This document shows, one piece after another, positions 40,537-50,900 of a stretch of DNA of 64,000 nucleotides. A program made the translations under genes and the position numbers. Position 1 is the stretch's first letter, and each line of letters opens with the position of its first letter. The stretch is from Longimicrobiales bacterium (GTDB taxonomy: Bacteria; Gemmatimonadota; Gemmatimonadetes; Longimicrobiales; Gaopeijiaceae). The DNA lies in assembly GCA_041690395.1 (NCBI GenBank), contig JAWLHJ010000007.1:64001-128000 (forward strand), read 5' to 3'. The notes under the pieces were generated by a model. It had not been told where the DNA came from. It saw only the letters and a list, made by a program, of their open reading frames with translations, and did not search any database.

Positions 40537-42705
40537 ATGCCGCACTCGATGCCGTCCATCGTCAGATCGTTTTCGAGATCGCTCCTTTCGACCCTGACCG
40601 TCCTCACGCTCTCGGCCGTGTCGCTCCCAGCCGAGGTCGAAGCCCAGGTGCGGACCGAGATCGAGGTACCCATCGGCTTCTCGGCCACGAACGCCGCACG
40701 CCAGGACTACTGCGAGGCACGCTTCCTGGAGCTGCCGTCCTCGGACGCGTTCCGGGAGCATCTGCGGCTCATCACCGCCAACCCGCACCCCACCGGCTCG
40801 GCGCAGCAGGTCGAGGTCGGGAACTACCTCGACCGTGTGATGACGGCTGCCGGCTTCACGGTGCGCCAGCATCCGTACGACGTCTATCTGCCGCAGCTGA
40901 CGGACGACGTCGAGGTGCACATCGTCTCGCCGGTCGCCATGCAGCTCTCGAACCGTGAGCCGGTACTCGACGAAGACCGCTTCAGCAACCACCCAGACCT
41001 GTTGAACGGGTGGAACGCGTTCTCCGGAAGCGGTGATGTGACCGGTGAGGTCGTGTATGCCAACTACGGACGGCGAGAGGATTTCCGTGCGCTCGACTCG
41101 CTCGGCATCGATCTGACCGGGAAGATCGTGATCGCCCGTTACGGCGGTAACTTCCGGGGATACAAGGTGCTCTTCTCGGAGGAGCGGGGCGCGGCGGGCG
41201 TCATCATGTTCAACGACAAGCCGGAGGACTGGTCCGACCCGTATCCCGAGGGCCCGATGCTCAACGGCCAGATCATCCAGCGAGGATCGGTGTTGACGCT
41301 CCCGTGGACCGGCGATCCGCTGACGCCGTTCGAGCCCGCGCTTCCCCTGGACGGGCCGGAGCAGGTGGAGCGCCTCGACCCCGACGAGGTCGGGCTCCAC
41401 ACGATCCCGGTCCTGCCCGTCGGGTGGGACGCCGCGGCCGAGATCCTGTCGCGCATGAGCGGTGAGCAGGCGCCGGACGACTGGCAGGGCGGGCTGGACA
41501 TGCCGTACCGGCTGACCGGGGGGAGCGACCTGACCGTGCGGGTCCGGGTCAATCAGCCCAAGGCGATCACGCGGGCCATCAATGTGGTCGGGACGCTCGA
41601 GGGCACGCACTTCCCGGACGAGTGGATCGTGCTGGGGGCGCACTACGACCCATGGGCGTTCGGTGCGGTCGACCCGAACGGCGGCACCGCGATGCTGCTG
41701 ACGCTGGCCGAGGCGCTCGGGACGCTCGCCGACGAGGGCTGCCGGCCCCGGCGCTCCATCCTGATCGCGCACTGGGACGCCGAGGAGTACGGCATCATCG
41801 GGTCGACGGAGTGGGTGGAGGAGTTCCTGCCGGAGCTCGAGGCGGGGGCCATCGCGTATCTGAATGCGGACGGTGCGGTCTCCGGCCCGAACTTCGGCGC
41901 GTCGGCATCGCCGTCGCTCAAGCAGCCGATCCTGGACGCGGTGCGCGACGTGGCGTACCCGGGAACGGAGCAGTCGATCTACGAGTGGTGGGCCGAGCAG
42001 GCCGAGGATGGCGTGCCGGCCATGGGCAACCTGGGCGGCGGGTCCGACCACGTCGCGTTCTACACCCATGCGGGTATCCCGTCGGCCGGCCTCAGCACGG
42101 GTGGGCGGAGCGGAGTCTACCACTCGAACTACGACAACTTCGCCTGGTTCGAGCGCTTCGGCGACGCGGAATGGGTGTTCGGGCCTATGCTCGCGCGCGC
42201 CGATGGGCTCGTGGCGCTCCGCTTCGGCAACGCGGATCTGCTCCCGTACGACGTGACTCGGTACGCGACCGACACGCGGACGCACGTGAACACGCTGTTC
42301 GAGGTGGCCGAGGCATGGAGCATGGAGGTCGACTTCACGCGACTGGTCGAGGCCAGTCGTCAGCTCGACGTGGCCGCCGAGGAGCTCGATCAGGCGCGGG
42401 CGCGGCGCGTCGGGCTCGGGCCCGTCCCCGCGGACGAGGCCGCGCGTATCAACCGGGCGTTCATCGATCTCGAGAAGGCGTGGTTGGACGACCGCGGGCT
42501 TCAGGACCGTCCGTGGAGCCGCTCGCTCTACGTCTCACCGGACCCGTTCAGCGGGTATGCTTCGTGGATGCTGCCGGGGCTTCGCTACGAGATCGAGACG
42601 GAGAATCCGGCGGGGGTGGTGGAGTGGGAGGGGCGCTACGTGGATGCGATCGGGCGGCTGGTGGAGGGGATGCGGCGGGTGACGCGGTTGATCGAAGGGG
42701 GGTAG
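40537..42705 (+). CDS. M28 glutamate carboxypeptidase II-like peptidase with PA domain
   Basis: VYANYG, GAHYD, GAVDP, WDAEE, YHSNYD; signal peptide. Confidence 0.92.
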   Translation: MPHSMPSIVRSFSRSLLSTLTVLTLSAVSLPAEVEAQVRTEIEVPIGFSATNAARQDYCEARFLELPSSDAFREHLRLITANPHPTGSAQQVEVGNYLDRVMTAAGFTVRQHPYDVYLPQLTDDVEVHIVSPVAMQLSNREPVLDEDRFSNHPDLLNGWNAFSGSGDVTGEVVYANYGRREDFRALDSLGIDLTGKIVIARYGGNFRGYKVLFSEERGAAGVIMFNDKPEDWSDPYPEGPMLNGQIIQRGSVLTLPWTGDPLTPFEPALPLDGPEQVERLDPDEVGLHTIPVLPVGWDAAAEILSRMSGEQAPDDWQGGLDMPYRLTGGSDLTVRVRVNQPKAITRAINVVGTLEGTHFPDEWIVLGAHYDPWAFGAVDPNGGTAMLLTLAEALGTLADEGCRPRRSILIAHWDAEEYGIIGSTEWVEEFLPELEAGAIAYLNADGAVSGPNFGASASPSLKQPILDAVRDVAYPGTEQSIYEWWAEQAEDGVPAMGNLGGGSDHVAFYTHAGIPSAGLSTGGRSGVYHSNYDNFAWFERFGDAEWVFGPMLARADGLVALRFGNADLLPYDVTRYATDTRTHVNTLFEVAEAWSMEVDFTRLVEASRQLDVAAEELDQARARRVGLGPVPADEAARINRAFIDLEKAWLDDRGLQDRPWSRSLYVSPDPFSGYASWMLPGLRYEIETENPAGVVEWEGRYVDAIGRLVEGMRRVTRLIEGG

Positions 42706-42837
42706 TGCGGGGAGGTGCCGAGAGGTCATCCCCAGAGGGGCGCTCCGCTACGGACGCTTTGCGTCCAATCCCTCTGGGGATGACCTCTCGGCACCTCCCC
42801 TCCCATCACTCCGGACGCGCGTCACCCGCCGCATCCC
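42667..42837. repeat. Nested inverted repeats: perfect 31-bp inner and 20-bp outer arms
   Basis: 42709-42739 vs 42770-42800; 42667-42686 vs 42818-42837; loop holds GGACGC-TTT-GCGTCC. Confidence 0.9.
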
Positions 42838-43031
42838 GTCCGCCGCGACGATCGGGGCGCGTACCTGGTGGCGCGGAGTGGGGAGAGGGTCGGCAACGAC
42901 CGGTGTGCCAACGGTCGAATGCTCACTGGCCGCTGGTCCGTCAAGATGAATGAGTGGATCTGGGCGATGGATGATGAAATGACCGAAGGAATCCAGCCAG
43001 GGTGGAACGGCCGAGCCTCGAGAGGGAGACG

Positions 43032-44018
43032 ATGAGGGCTGTGCTGCAGGAGCAATATGGAGCTCCCTCGGAAGTTCTCGAGTATCGCGAAGTAGACGCT
43101 CCGGAGCCCGATGAGGATCAGGTTCTCGTGCGCGTACGTGCGGCAGCCATCGCGGGTGACGATTGGCACCTGATGCGAGGCGAACCATACATCGCCCGCC
43201 TTGATCTCGGCCTTCGACGGCCGAAATACACGATTCCGGGGCGGGACGTGGCGGGGGTTGTCGAAGCGTGCGGCGCGGCGGTGCGCCACCTCAACCCGGG
43301 GGATGAGGTCTTCGGCTGGTGCACCGGGGCATTCGCCGAGTATGCGCTGGGATCGGCGGACACGCTCACCCCGAAGCCACCGCTTCTCGACTTCACAGAG
43401 GCCGCTGCCGCGCCCACCGTCGGAGTGACGGCGCTTCAGGCTCTTCGGGATCAGGGTGGCATCGCACCGGGACAGAAGGTGCTCATCATCGGTGCCTCGG
43501 GTGGGGTCGGGACGTTCGCCGTGCAGATTGCAGCGAGCTTCGGCGCCGAAGTCACGGGAGTGTGCAGCACGCGCCACAGGGAATTGGTACGCTCCCTGGG
43601 AGCGAGCCACATAATCGATTATACGCGAGAAGACTTCACTCGGAGGAGCGAGACGTACGACCTCATCGTGTACCTCGCCGGGAACCGTAGCGTGTCAGAG
43701 TGCAGACGTGTGCTCACTCCCGACGGAACACTCGTCCTCGTCGGAGGATCGGGGGGTCGCTTGCTGGGAGGCGTGGCCCGCTGGCTGCACGCCATCGTGG
43801 TGTCCCCCTTCACCCGACAGAAGCTTCGCCCTCTCGTCCATTCCAGGAACGTGGCCGACCTGAATACGCTCCGCGATCTCTTCCAAGCGGGATCCGTGAG
43901 GCCTGTGGTCAGCGCAACGTACACGTTCGAGGATGTCCTTGGAGCTTTCCGGCATTTCGAGGAGGGTCACGGGACTGGCAAGGTCGTCCTATCCTTTCCG
44001 GAGAATCGCCGCTCATGA
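43032..44018 (+). CDS. NAD(P)-dependent MDR oxidoreductase (quinone reductase / ADH-like)
   Basis: YGAP, PGRDVAGVVEA.G, GDEVFG, GASGGVG, GKVV. Confidence 0.9.
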   Translation: MRAVLQEQYGAPSEVLEYREVDAPEPDEDQVLVRVRAAAIAGDDWHLMRGEPYIARLDLGLRRPKYTIPGRDVAGVVEACGAAVRHLNPGDEVFGWCTGAFAEYALGSADTLTPKPPLLDFTEAAAAPTVGVTALQALRDQGGIAPGQKVLIIGASGGVGTFAVQIAASFGAEVTGVCSTRHRELVRSLGASHIIDYTREDFTRRSETYDLIVYLAGNRSVSECRRVLTPDGTLVLVGGSGGRLLGGVARWLHAIVVSPFTRQKLRPLVHSRNVADLNTLRDLFQAGSVRPVVSATYTFEDVLGAFRHFEEGHGTGKVVLSFPENRRS

Positions 44019-44761
44019 CTCCGCAGACGCAAGGAGGCCCATCGGTGGCACAGGCGAGGCTCGCTGGTGTCCTCTACCTGATTATCATCCTATGCGCCGG
44101 CTTCAGCGAAGGGTACGTCCGCGGGGGCGTGATCGTGTCGGGTGACGCCGCTGCAACCGCAGCCAACATTCGTGCATCGGAGTGGTTGTTCCGAATCGGC
44201 TTCACGACCGACCTGCTCGCGTTCTTGAGCGACGTCGCTCTGGCGGTGCTCTTCTACGTGCTGCTCCGCCCCGTAGACCAGGTGATCGCAATGATCGCCG
44301 CGGCGTTCCGGCTCGCCCAGGCCTCGATTCTCGGAATCAACCTCCTGAATCATTTCGAGGTGATCCTGCTCTCGAGCGAAGCTGGCTACCTCGGGGTGTT
44401 CTCATCAGCCCAGATTGACGCCCTGATGCTGCACGCTTTGGAGACGCACCGACACGGATACTTGATCAGTCAGATGTTTTTCGGTGTCCACTGCCTACTG
44501 ATCGGGTACCTCCTCTGGAGAGCCGCTTCCTTTCCGCGCGCGATCGGCGCCCTGATGGTCATCGCGGGGGTGGGTTACCTCGCTGACGGGTTCGGCTTCT
44601 TTCTCCTCCCGTCGGTCGCCCCAACCGTATCCCCCTTTTTCCTGACACCCGTGGTAGTAGCGGAGTTGTCGCTTTGCCTCTGGCTGCTTCTGAAGGGTGT
44701 CCGCACGCACGATGCTGGGCGTGGCGGCGGACACGGGCGGGAGTTTCGCGCCGTCACATAA
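44015..44761 (+). CDS. DUF4386-like membrane protein
   Basis: ARLAGVLYL, DAAATAANI, FFG.HCLLIGYL, WLLLKG; ATGA overlap. Confidence 0.8.
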   Translation: MTPQTQGGPSVAQARLAGVLYLIIILCAGFSEGYVRGGVIVSGDAAATAANIRASEWLFRIGFTTDLLAFLSDVALAVLFYVLLRPVDQVIAMIAAAFRLAQASILGINLLNHFEVILLSSEAGYLGVFSSAQIDALMLHALETHRHGYLISQMFFGVHCLLIGYLLWRAASFPRAIGALMVIAGVGYLADGFGFFLLPSVAPTVSPFFLTPVVVAELSLCLWLLLKGVRTHDAGRGGGHGREFRAVT

Positions 44762-45101
44762 CAAGCCATCACATAGCAAGGTGTTTCCGGCGCCGCTCAC
44801 TTCGTTCGCTCTGGCCTATGGGCCGGAGCTGTAGTGGTGCCCGGGATGCACACCGCGGTTGAGGGAAGGGGAGTGCCCCGCCAGACTTCCAGGGCTTCGG
44901 GCGTTGTTGGAAGAGGACAGGCTCTATCGTCGATCGCCCGACAAAAGGAGTTCTACCCCGTCCGCGTCATGGAGGGGGATACCGAGTCCCTTGCTCCTTC
45001 CGTGGGGGATGTCGTCACGAGTGACGGTGACCTCTTTCACCTGGAATGGTGTCCGGACTGAGGGCGCACGGCCCCGCCTTCCGGCGAGGCCAGCCCCTCC
45101 C

Positions 45102-46412
45102 TCAGGCCGGTAGCCCGTGCCGCACCACCCGCTCCAAGACGTCCACGAAGCGGTCGAGCTCCGGAAGCGTCGTGTAGACGCTGGGGGAGATACGGACGCC
45201 TCGGAATTCGGCATGGTTGATGGGCGTGGTGATGATGCGGTGCTCGGCCCAGAGGTGCTCGACGAGGGCGCTCGGCTCGATGCCGTCGATCTCGACGTTC
45301 GCGATGCCGCATGCGAAGCCGGGCTGCAGACTCGTGTGGAGCCGGACGCGGTCGTGCTCGAGCAGCGGGCGGGCCCAGTAGTCGCGCAGGTAGACCAGAC
45401 GGGCTTCCTTGCGGGCGCCGCCGATCCCCTCATGGAAGGTGAGCGCTTCGCCGATGGCCAGGTAGTTCGCGGCCGGGTGCGTGCCGATCTCCTCGAACTT
45501 CCGGATGTCGTCGTCCATCGTGTCCGGCGCCGCCATGAGCGGCCACACCTCGGGGATCTTCTCCCGACGCACGTAGAGCAGGCCGGTGCCGTGGGGCGCG
45601 AACAGCCATTTGTGGAGGGACGTCGAGTAGTTGTCCACGTCCAGATCGGCCAGCTTGAAGTCGAAATGGGCCAGGGCGTGGGCGCCGTCGATGATGAGCG
45701 GGATGCCGTGCCGGCGGGCGAGCTGGTTCAGTTCCCGCACGGGCAGGATCTGGCCCGTCAGGTTGATCATGTGGCAGGCGAGGATGGCGCGGGTCCTGGG
45801 TGTGATCGCTTCCTCGAAGAGCCGCACGACCTCGGCGGGGTCCTCGGCGGGGACGGGAATCCGGATCTGGCGGAGGACGATCCCCTCGCGGCGCTCACGC
45901 TGCTTGAACGTCGTGATCATCCGCCCGTAATCCTGCGTGGTCGTCAGGACCTCGTCGCCGCGCTCGAGATCGATGCCGAGCTGCATCGTCTGGAGACTCT
46001 CCGAGGCGTTCCGGGTGAATGCGATCTCTTCCGGATCGACGCCCCAGGCCCGCGCCACTCGCTCCCGCACACCTTCACGCTGCGGCTCGAGCACGCGCCA
46101 CATCGTGTGCGTCGGCGCGAGGTTCGAGAAGTCGAGATGCCGCTTCATGGCCTCCTGGACCCACCCGGGCGAGGGGCTCACGCCGCCGTTGTTCAGGTTG
46201 AGCAGCGTGCGATCGACCGTGAACGCCCGCGCGACCTCGAACCAGAAGTCCTCGTCGTCGGCCACCTCGGCCGCCGTTCCGGGATGGGACGCCAACGCTC
46301 GGGCGACGTCCGACGCGGAGCGTGACAGGAGTGAGGGGCGTAGCGGGAAGCCACCGGCCGCGGCGGCGAGGGGAAGCGAGACGGCTCCGAGGAAGCTGCG
46401 GCGGCTCTGCAC
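45102..46412 (-). CDS. Class V PLP enzyme (isopenicillin N epimerase-like) with Tat signal
   Basis: SRRSFLG; LNNGG, RNASE, DGAH, SLHKWLFAP.GTG. Confidence 0.9.
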   Translation of the reverse strand: MQSRRSFLGAVSLPLAAAAGGFPLRPSLLSRSASDVARALASHPGTAAEVADDEDFWFEVARAFTVDRTLLNLNNGGVSPSPGWVQEAMKRHLDFSNLAPTHTMWRVLEPQREGVRERVARAWGVDPEEIAFTRNASESLQTMQLGIDLERGDEVLTTTQDYGRMITTFKQRERREGIVLRQIRIPVPAEDPAEVVRLFEEAITPRTRAILACHMINLTGQILPVRELNQLARRHGIPLIIDGAHALAHFDFKLADLDVDNYSTSLHKWLFAPHGTGLLYVRREKIPEVWPLMAAPDTMDDDIRKFEEIGTHPAANYLAIGEALTFHEGIGGARKEARLVYLRDYWARPLLEHDRVRLHTSLQPGFACGIANVEIDGIEPSALVEHLWAEHRIITTPINHAEFRGVRISPSVYTTLPELDRFVDVLERVVRHGLPA

Positions 46413-46787
46413 GGGATCCTCCAGGACTCGAGCGGCTGGTGACCCGGTAGCCGGGCCCCTGAAGCTCACGATACGGGGCGAGATTGCGGATGTCCAACGG
46501 GCCGATGTGATGGCGGTCGCTCGCTGACTCGAGCGTGGCCCTCCCCCCGGCCGGCTGCGACGCTCGGACGCGACACGTGTCGCGGCCCCGGTCCGCGGCA
46601 TGCTCCTGAAAAGCGTTGCGGTACGCTATGCCGAGCATGGCATGAAGCTTGAGACTTCATCGGAACGCGAGGCCGACCGTGGGTACTATTCGGTGTCTGA
46701 TTCCAGTGCTGTATTCTTCGAAGTGGAGGCATCCCCCTGCCAGGCCCGGAGTACGTTGCGCGTCCGGTCGCATCTCGAGGTCGTTAC

Positions 46788-47945
46788 ATGTCCCCCAGGG
46801 ACGCGCATTGCCCTCCGCTCCGCGCCTTCCGGTGGGGCCTCGCTGCGCTCGCCCTGACGCTCGGTCCCGCGTCCGCCTCCGCCCAGGATCTCCCGTTCCA
46901 ACGGGACTACCCCGGCTCGAGTCAGTACGAGTGCGGCTCGTCCGACCCTCCGGCCGTCGCCAGCGCCGAGGCCAGGGGCCAGGCCGCCCAGCTCGCATCG
47001 AGTGCGGCCCAGGCGGTTCTCCTCGGCGATCTGGATCGGGCCGGCGCCATGCTGGAGCGGGCCACGGAGCTCGACCCCGCATCTGCGGATCTGGCGTATC
47101 GGCGGGCCAGGGTCCTGGAAGATCTCGGGCAGCGAGAGGCGGCCGGCGGCGAATATTGCCGGTCCCTCGCGCTCCTCGACTCCGGCGACACCGCCGAAGA
47201 CGCCCGGGCGCGGCTCGAGGCCCTCGTAGAGGCCGAAGCGGAGAGCGTCCCGACCCAGGCCTTGGCGGCGTTCCGCATGGGGCTCGAAGCCGTGGATGCG
47301 GGTATGCTGGATGAGGCCGTCGACGCGTTCCAGGTCGCGGAGACCGAGGGGGGCGACTGGCCGGCCGCCACGTACAACCGGGGGGTTGCGCTGGAGCGCC
47401 TCGGACGGCCGGGAGAGGCGGCCCAGGCTCTCTCCTCCTATCTACAGCTGCGGCCGGACGCCCCGGACGCCTTGGTGGTCTCCCGGCGCATCGGTCAGCT
47501 GCAGAGTCTCGCGCTGTCTGACGGGCCCAGCCCCGGGACCGCCCTCACCCTGGGGATCCTCATGCCCGGTCTCGGGCACTTCTACTCCGGCCGGCCCGGG
47601 AGCGGCGTAGCGGTCCTCGCGCTCGCCGGCGGCGCCGTGGCGGCAGGGTTCCTGATCAAGGAAGTGGATATCCGGTGCCTCACGCCCCAACAGGGCGCGT
47701 GTCCGCCCGATCAGGTCGTTTCGCGCACCACGAGCCGACCGTATCTCACCGCCTCGCTGGCCGCTGCTGCTGCGGTGGGCCTGGCCGGAGCCATCGAGGC
47801 GTTCGTCGATGCGCGGGGGAGGCGGGGAAGTGGCGCCACGTTCGCGCAGTCTGCGGGTGACGACACCGATCTCGTCGTGCTCCCGGGGCTCGACATCCAT
47901 CGTGGAAAGATCGGTTTCGGCCTTCTCGGGCTGAGGTTCCGCTGA
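46788..47945 (+). CDS. Secreted TPR protein with C-terminal hydrophobic PGLGHFY region
   Basis: Signal peptide; TPRs (YNRGVALE.LG); GILMPGLGHFYSG. Confidence 0.78.
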   Translation: MSPRDAHCPPLRAFRWGLAALALTLGPASASAQDLPFQRDYPGSSQYECGSSDPPAVASAEARGQAAQLASSAAQAVLLGDLDRAGAMLERATELDPASADLAYRRARVLEDLGQREAAGGEYCRSLALLDSGDTAEDARARLEALVEAEAESVPTQALAAFRMGLEAVDAGMLDEAVDAFQVAETEGGDWPAATYNRGVALERLGRPGEAAQALSSYLQLRPDAPDALVVSRRIGQLQSLALSDGPSPGTALTLGILMPGLGHFYSGRPGSGVAVLALAGGAVAAGFLIKEVDIRCLTPQQGACPPDQVVSRTTSRPYLTASLAAAAAVGLAGAIEAFVDARGRRGSGATFAQSAGDDTDLVVLPGLDIHRGKIGFGLLGLRFR

Positions 47946-50900
47946 TGAGCGCCAGGACGAGGGCCATGTTCCGGCGGATGACCGGTGGGTTCCGGCGCCG
48001 CTTCGTGGTTGGGCTCCTCGCGTCGGTCCTCGGCGCCCTGGGCCTGATCCAGGCGTGTACGTCGGAGAACATCTCGGGTGTCGTCGTCGGGACCGTCACC
48101 GTCTCTCCCTCCTCGCAGTCGGTCGTGGTCGGCGAGACCGCTGACTTCGATGCCACCGTGACCGACGAGAACGGAGCTACGCTCTCGGGCGCGGCCGTCT
48201 CGTGGTCCATCTCGAGCGAAGACGGCGACGTGGCCACGATCGACGGGAATGGGCGGGTCACCGGTCTGGCCATCGGCGTCGCGCGGGTCGTCGCCACGTT
48301 CCAGGGAAGCTCGGACGAGGCCACCCTGACCGTCCAACCGCCGCCGGTCCTCTCCATCACCCCGGAGGTGGCGGCGTTCTACGCGGGTGTGGGCGGACCC
48401 GACCCGGAGCCCGTCGTGTTCACCGTGGGGAACGCCGGCTCGGGCACGATCGAAGGCCTCTCCGCGGAGATCGCATATCCGGAAGGCGAGGAAACGGATT
48501 GGCTGGCCGTCGAGCTCTCCGGCTCCACGACTCCGGCCGATCTCGACATGGTCGTATCCGGCGCGGGCCTCGGCTCGGGTCGCTTCAGCGCGACCGTCAC
48601 GCTCACGACGTCCGACCCGGACGACCCGCCGTTCGTCGTGCCCGTGACGTTCGTACGGTCGAGCTTCACGCTCACCGTTCCGCCCGAGGGCCTCGTGGTC
48701 GATGAGGGGGGCAGTACGGCCACGTTCACGGTGGCGTTGGATGTCGCGCCCGAGAGCGACGTGGTGCTCGACGTGGCTTCTGCTGACGAGGAAGAGCAAG
48801 AGGTGGTCGTCGACCCTGCGCAGATCACGTTTACTCCCGAGAACTGGGATGTCGGGCAGGCCGTGACGGTGACCGGAGTCGACGACGCGGCCGAGGATGG
48901 AGCCCAGGACGTCCTGGTCACCGTTTCGGTGAACACCTCGGCATCCGATCCGGCCTACGGTCCCGCGCTGGATCGCTCGGTGACAGTCACCAACCAGGAC
49001 GATGACGCGGCGGGGTTCACGGTGGTCCAGACGAACGGGGCCACGATCGTGGACGAGGCCGGGCTGCGGGATACGTTGACCGTGTCACTCGGCACCGAGC
49101 CTACGGCCGAGGTGGTCATCTCCGTGTCCGCATCGGACCTGAGCGCGGCGATCGTGAGCCCGCAGACGCTCACCTTCACGCTCGCCAACTGGGACACGCC
49201 GCAGCGAGTCGTCGTGCAGGGCGTGGACGACGACGCCGTCGACGGGCCTCAGGAAAGCACCGTGACGTTCACCGTCGTCGATGACGAGTCGGATGCCGCG
49301 TATCAGGGGCTGCCGCCGCAGGTCATCGATGTGACGACGCTGGATGACGACGGGGCGGCGATCCAGGTGACGGAGAGCCAGGGAAATACCGTAGTGGGTG
49401 AGAGCGGGAGCACGGATGCGTTCACGGTCCAGTTGTCGGGGCGACCGAGCGCGGACGTGGTACTTTCCATTGGGAGCGCGGACACAGGCGAGGCGACTGT
49501 CAATCCAACGTCGCTGACGTTCACGCCGGACGACTACGACGTGGCTCAGCCCGTCACTGTCTCAGGAGTCGACGACAACCTCGTGGACGGTGACATGGTG
49601 ACCGACGTGACTGTGGTCGTCGTTGCCGCGAGCTCGGCGGCGGAGTATGCGGGCGCGGGGCCTGCCACGATTCAGGTCACCACCACGGATGACGACAGGG
49701 CCGCCCTGATTGTGACCCAAACAGACGGCGGGGCCGCCGTCTCCGAGGCCGGTACCTCCGACACCTTCACACTCGCCCTGTCGGCTCGTCCCCTGACGGA
49801 CGTGGTGGTCACCGCCTCGAGCGCCGATGAAGGAGAGGTCACGGTCGCGCCCGCCATCCTCACGTTCACGACCGATACCTGGGATGCTCCCCAGACCCTG
49901 ACCGTGACCGGCGTCGACGACGACATCATCGACGGGAACCAGGACGTCGACGTGACGCTCGTGGTGGATGCGGCGCAGTCAGATCCGATTTACGAGACCG
50001 TGGACACGACGGTCGTCGTCACGAACGCGGACGATGATGCCCCGGGCTTCACGATCACCTCCGGCACCACCGTGAGCGTGTCCGAGGCCGGCGGGACTGC
50101 GCCGGTCACGGTCATCCTCAACACGGAGCCGGCATCGGACGTCGTCCTCGACTTCGCGATCGCGGACGCGACCGTGGCCACCGTGGAGCCGACGACGCTC
50201 ACGTTCACCGCGGGGAACTGGGATACGCCGCAGTCCGTGACGGTCACGGGTGTGGATGACGACATAGTCGACGGCGCTCAGGTCGCCGACCTGACCGTCT
50301 CCGTGGATGCCGCGGCGTCCGACGACGACTACGACGGGGTCGCCGATCAAACCGTCTCGGTCACGGCATTGGACGACGACGTTGCCGGGTTCACGCTCGC
50401 GGACGCCGAAAGCCTGACCGTCTCCGAGGCCGGCGGGACCGACGCCTTCACCGTGGTCCTCGACGCCCAGCCGCTCGCGGCTGTGGTGCTCACCGTGAGC
50501 AGCGGTGACGCCACGGAGGTCGCGGTGAGTCCCACGACGCTCACCTTCACGGACGCCAATTGGAGCACACCTCGAACCGTGACGGTCACCGGCGTCGACG
50601 ACGACGTCGTGGATGGGGCCGCGATTACCGCGGTAACCGTGGCCGTCGATCCCGCCCAGTCAGACGACGCCTTCGACGGGGTGGCGAGCCAGGAAGCCAG
50701 TGTCACGACAACGGACAACGAAGTGGCCGGATTCACGCTGGCGGATACGGCCGGCTTGTCGGTATCAGAGAGCGGCACGGGAACGGCTGATTTCACGGTC
50801 GTGCTGGACGCTGCGCCGATCGCTCAAGTCACGTTCGCAATCACGAGTGAGGATACCGGGGAGGTCACGGCGAGTCCGCCGACGCTCACGTTCACGGCAT

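Noticed and set aside
42745..42770. GGACGCAAAG on the minus strand, resembling a c-di-GMP-I riboswitch
   Set aside because: Lacks the preceding GGCAAAC/GNRA stem; it is simply the loop hairpin of the inverted repeat
44834..45061. 75-aa ORF as a gene or remnant
   Set aside because: No RBS or motif recognised; cannot be supported
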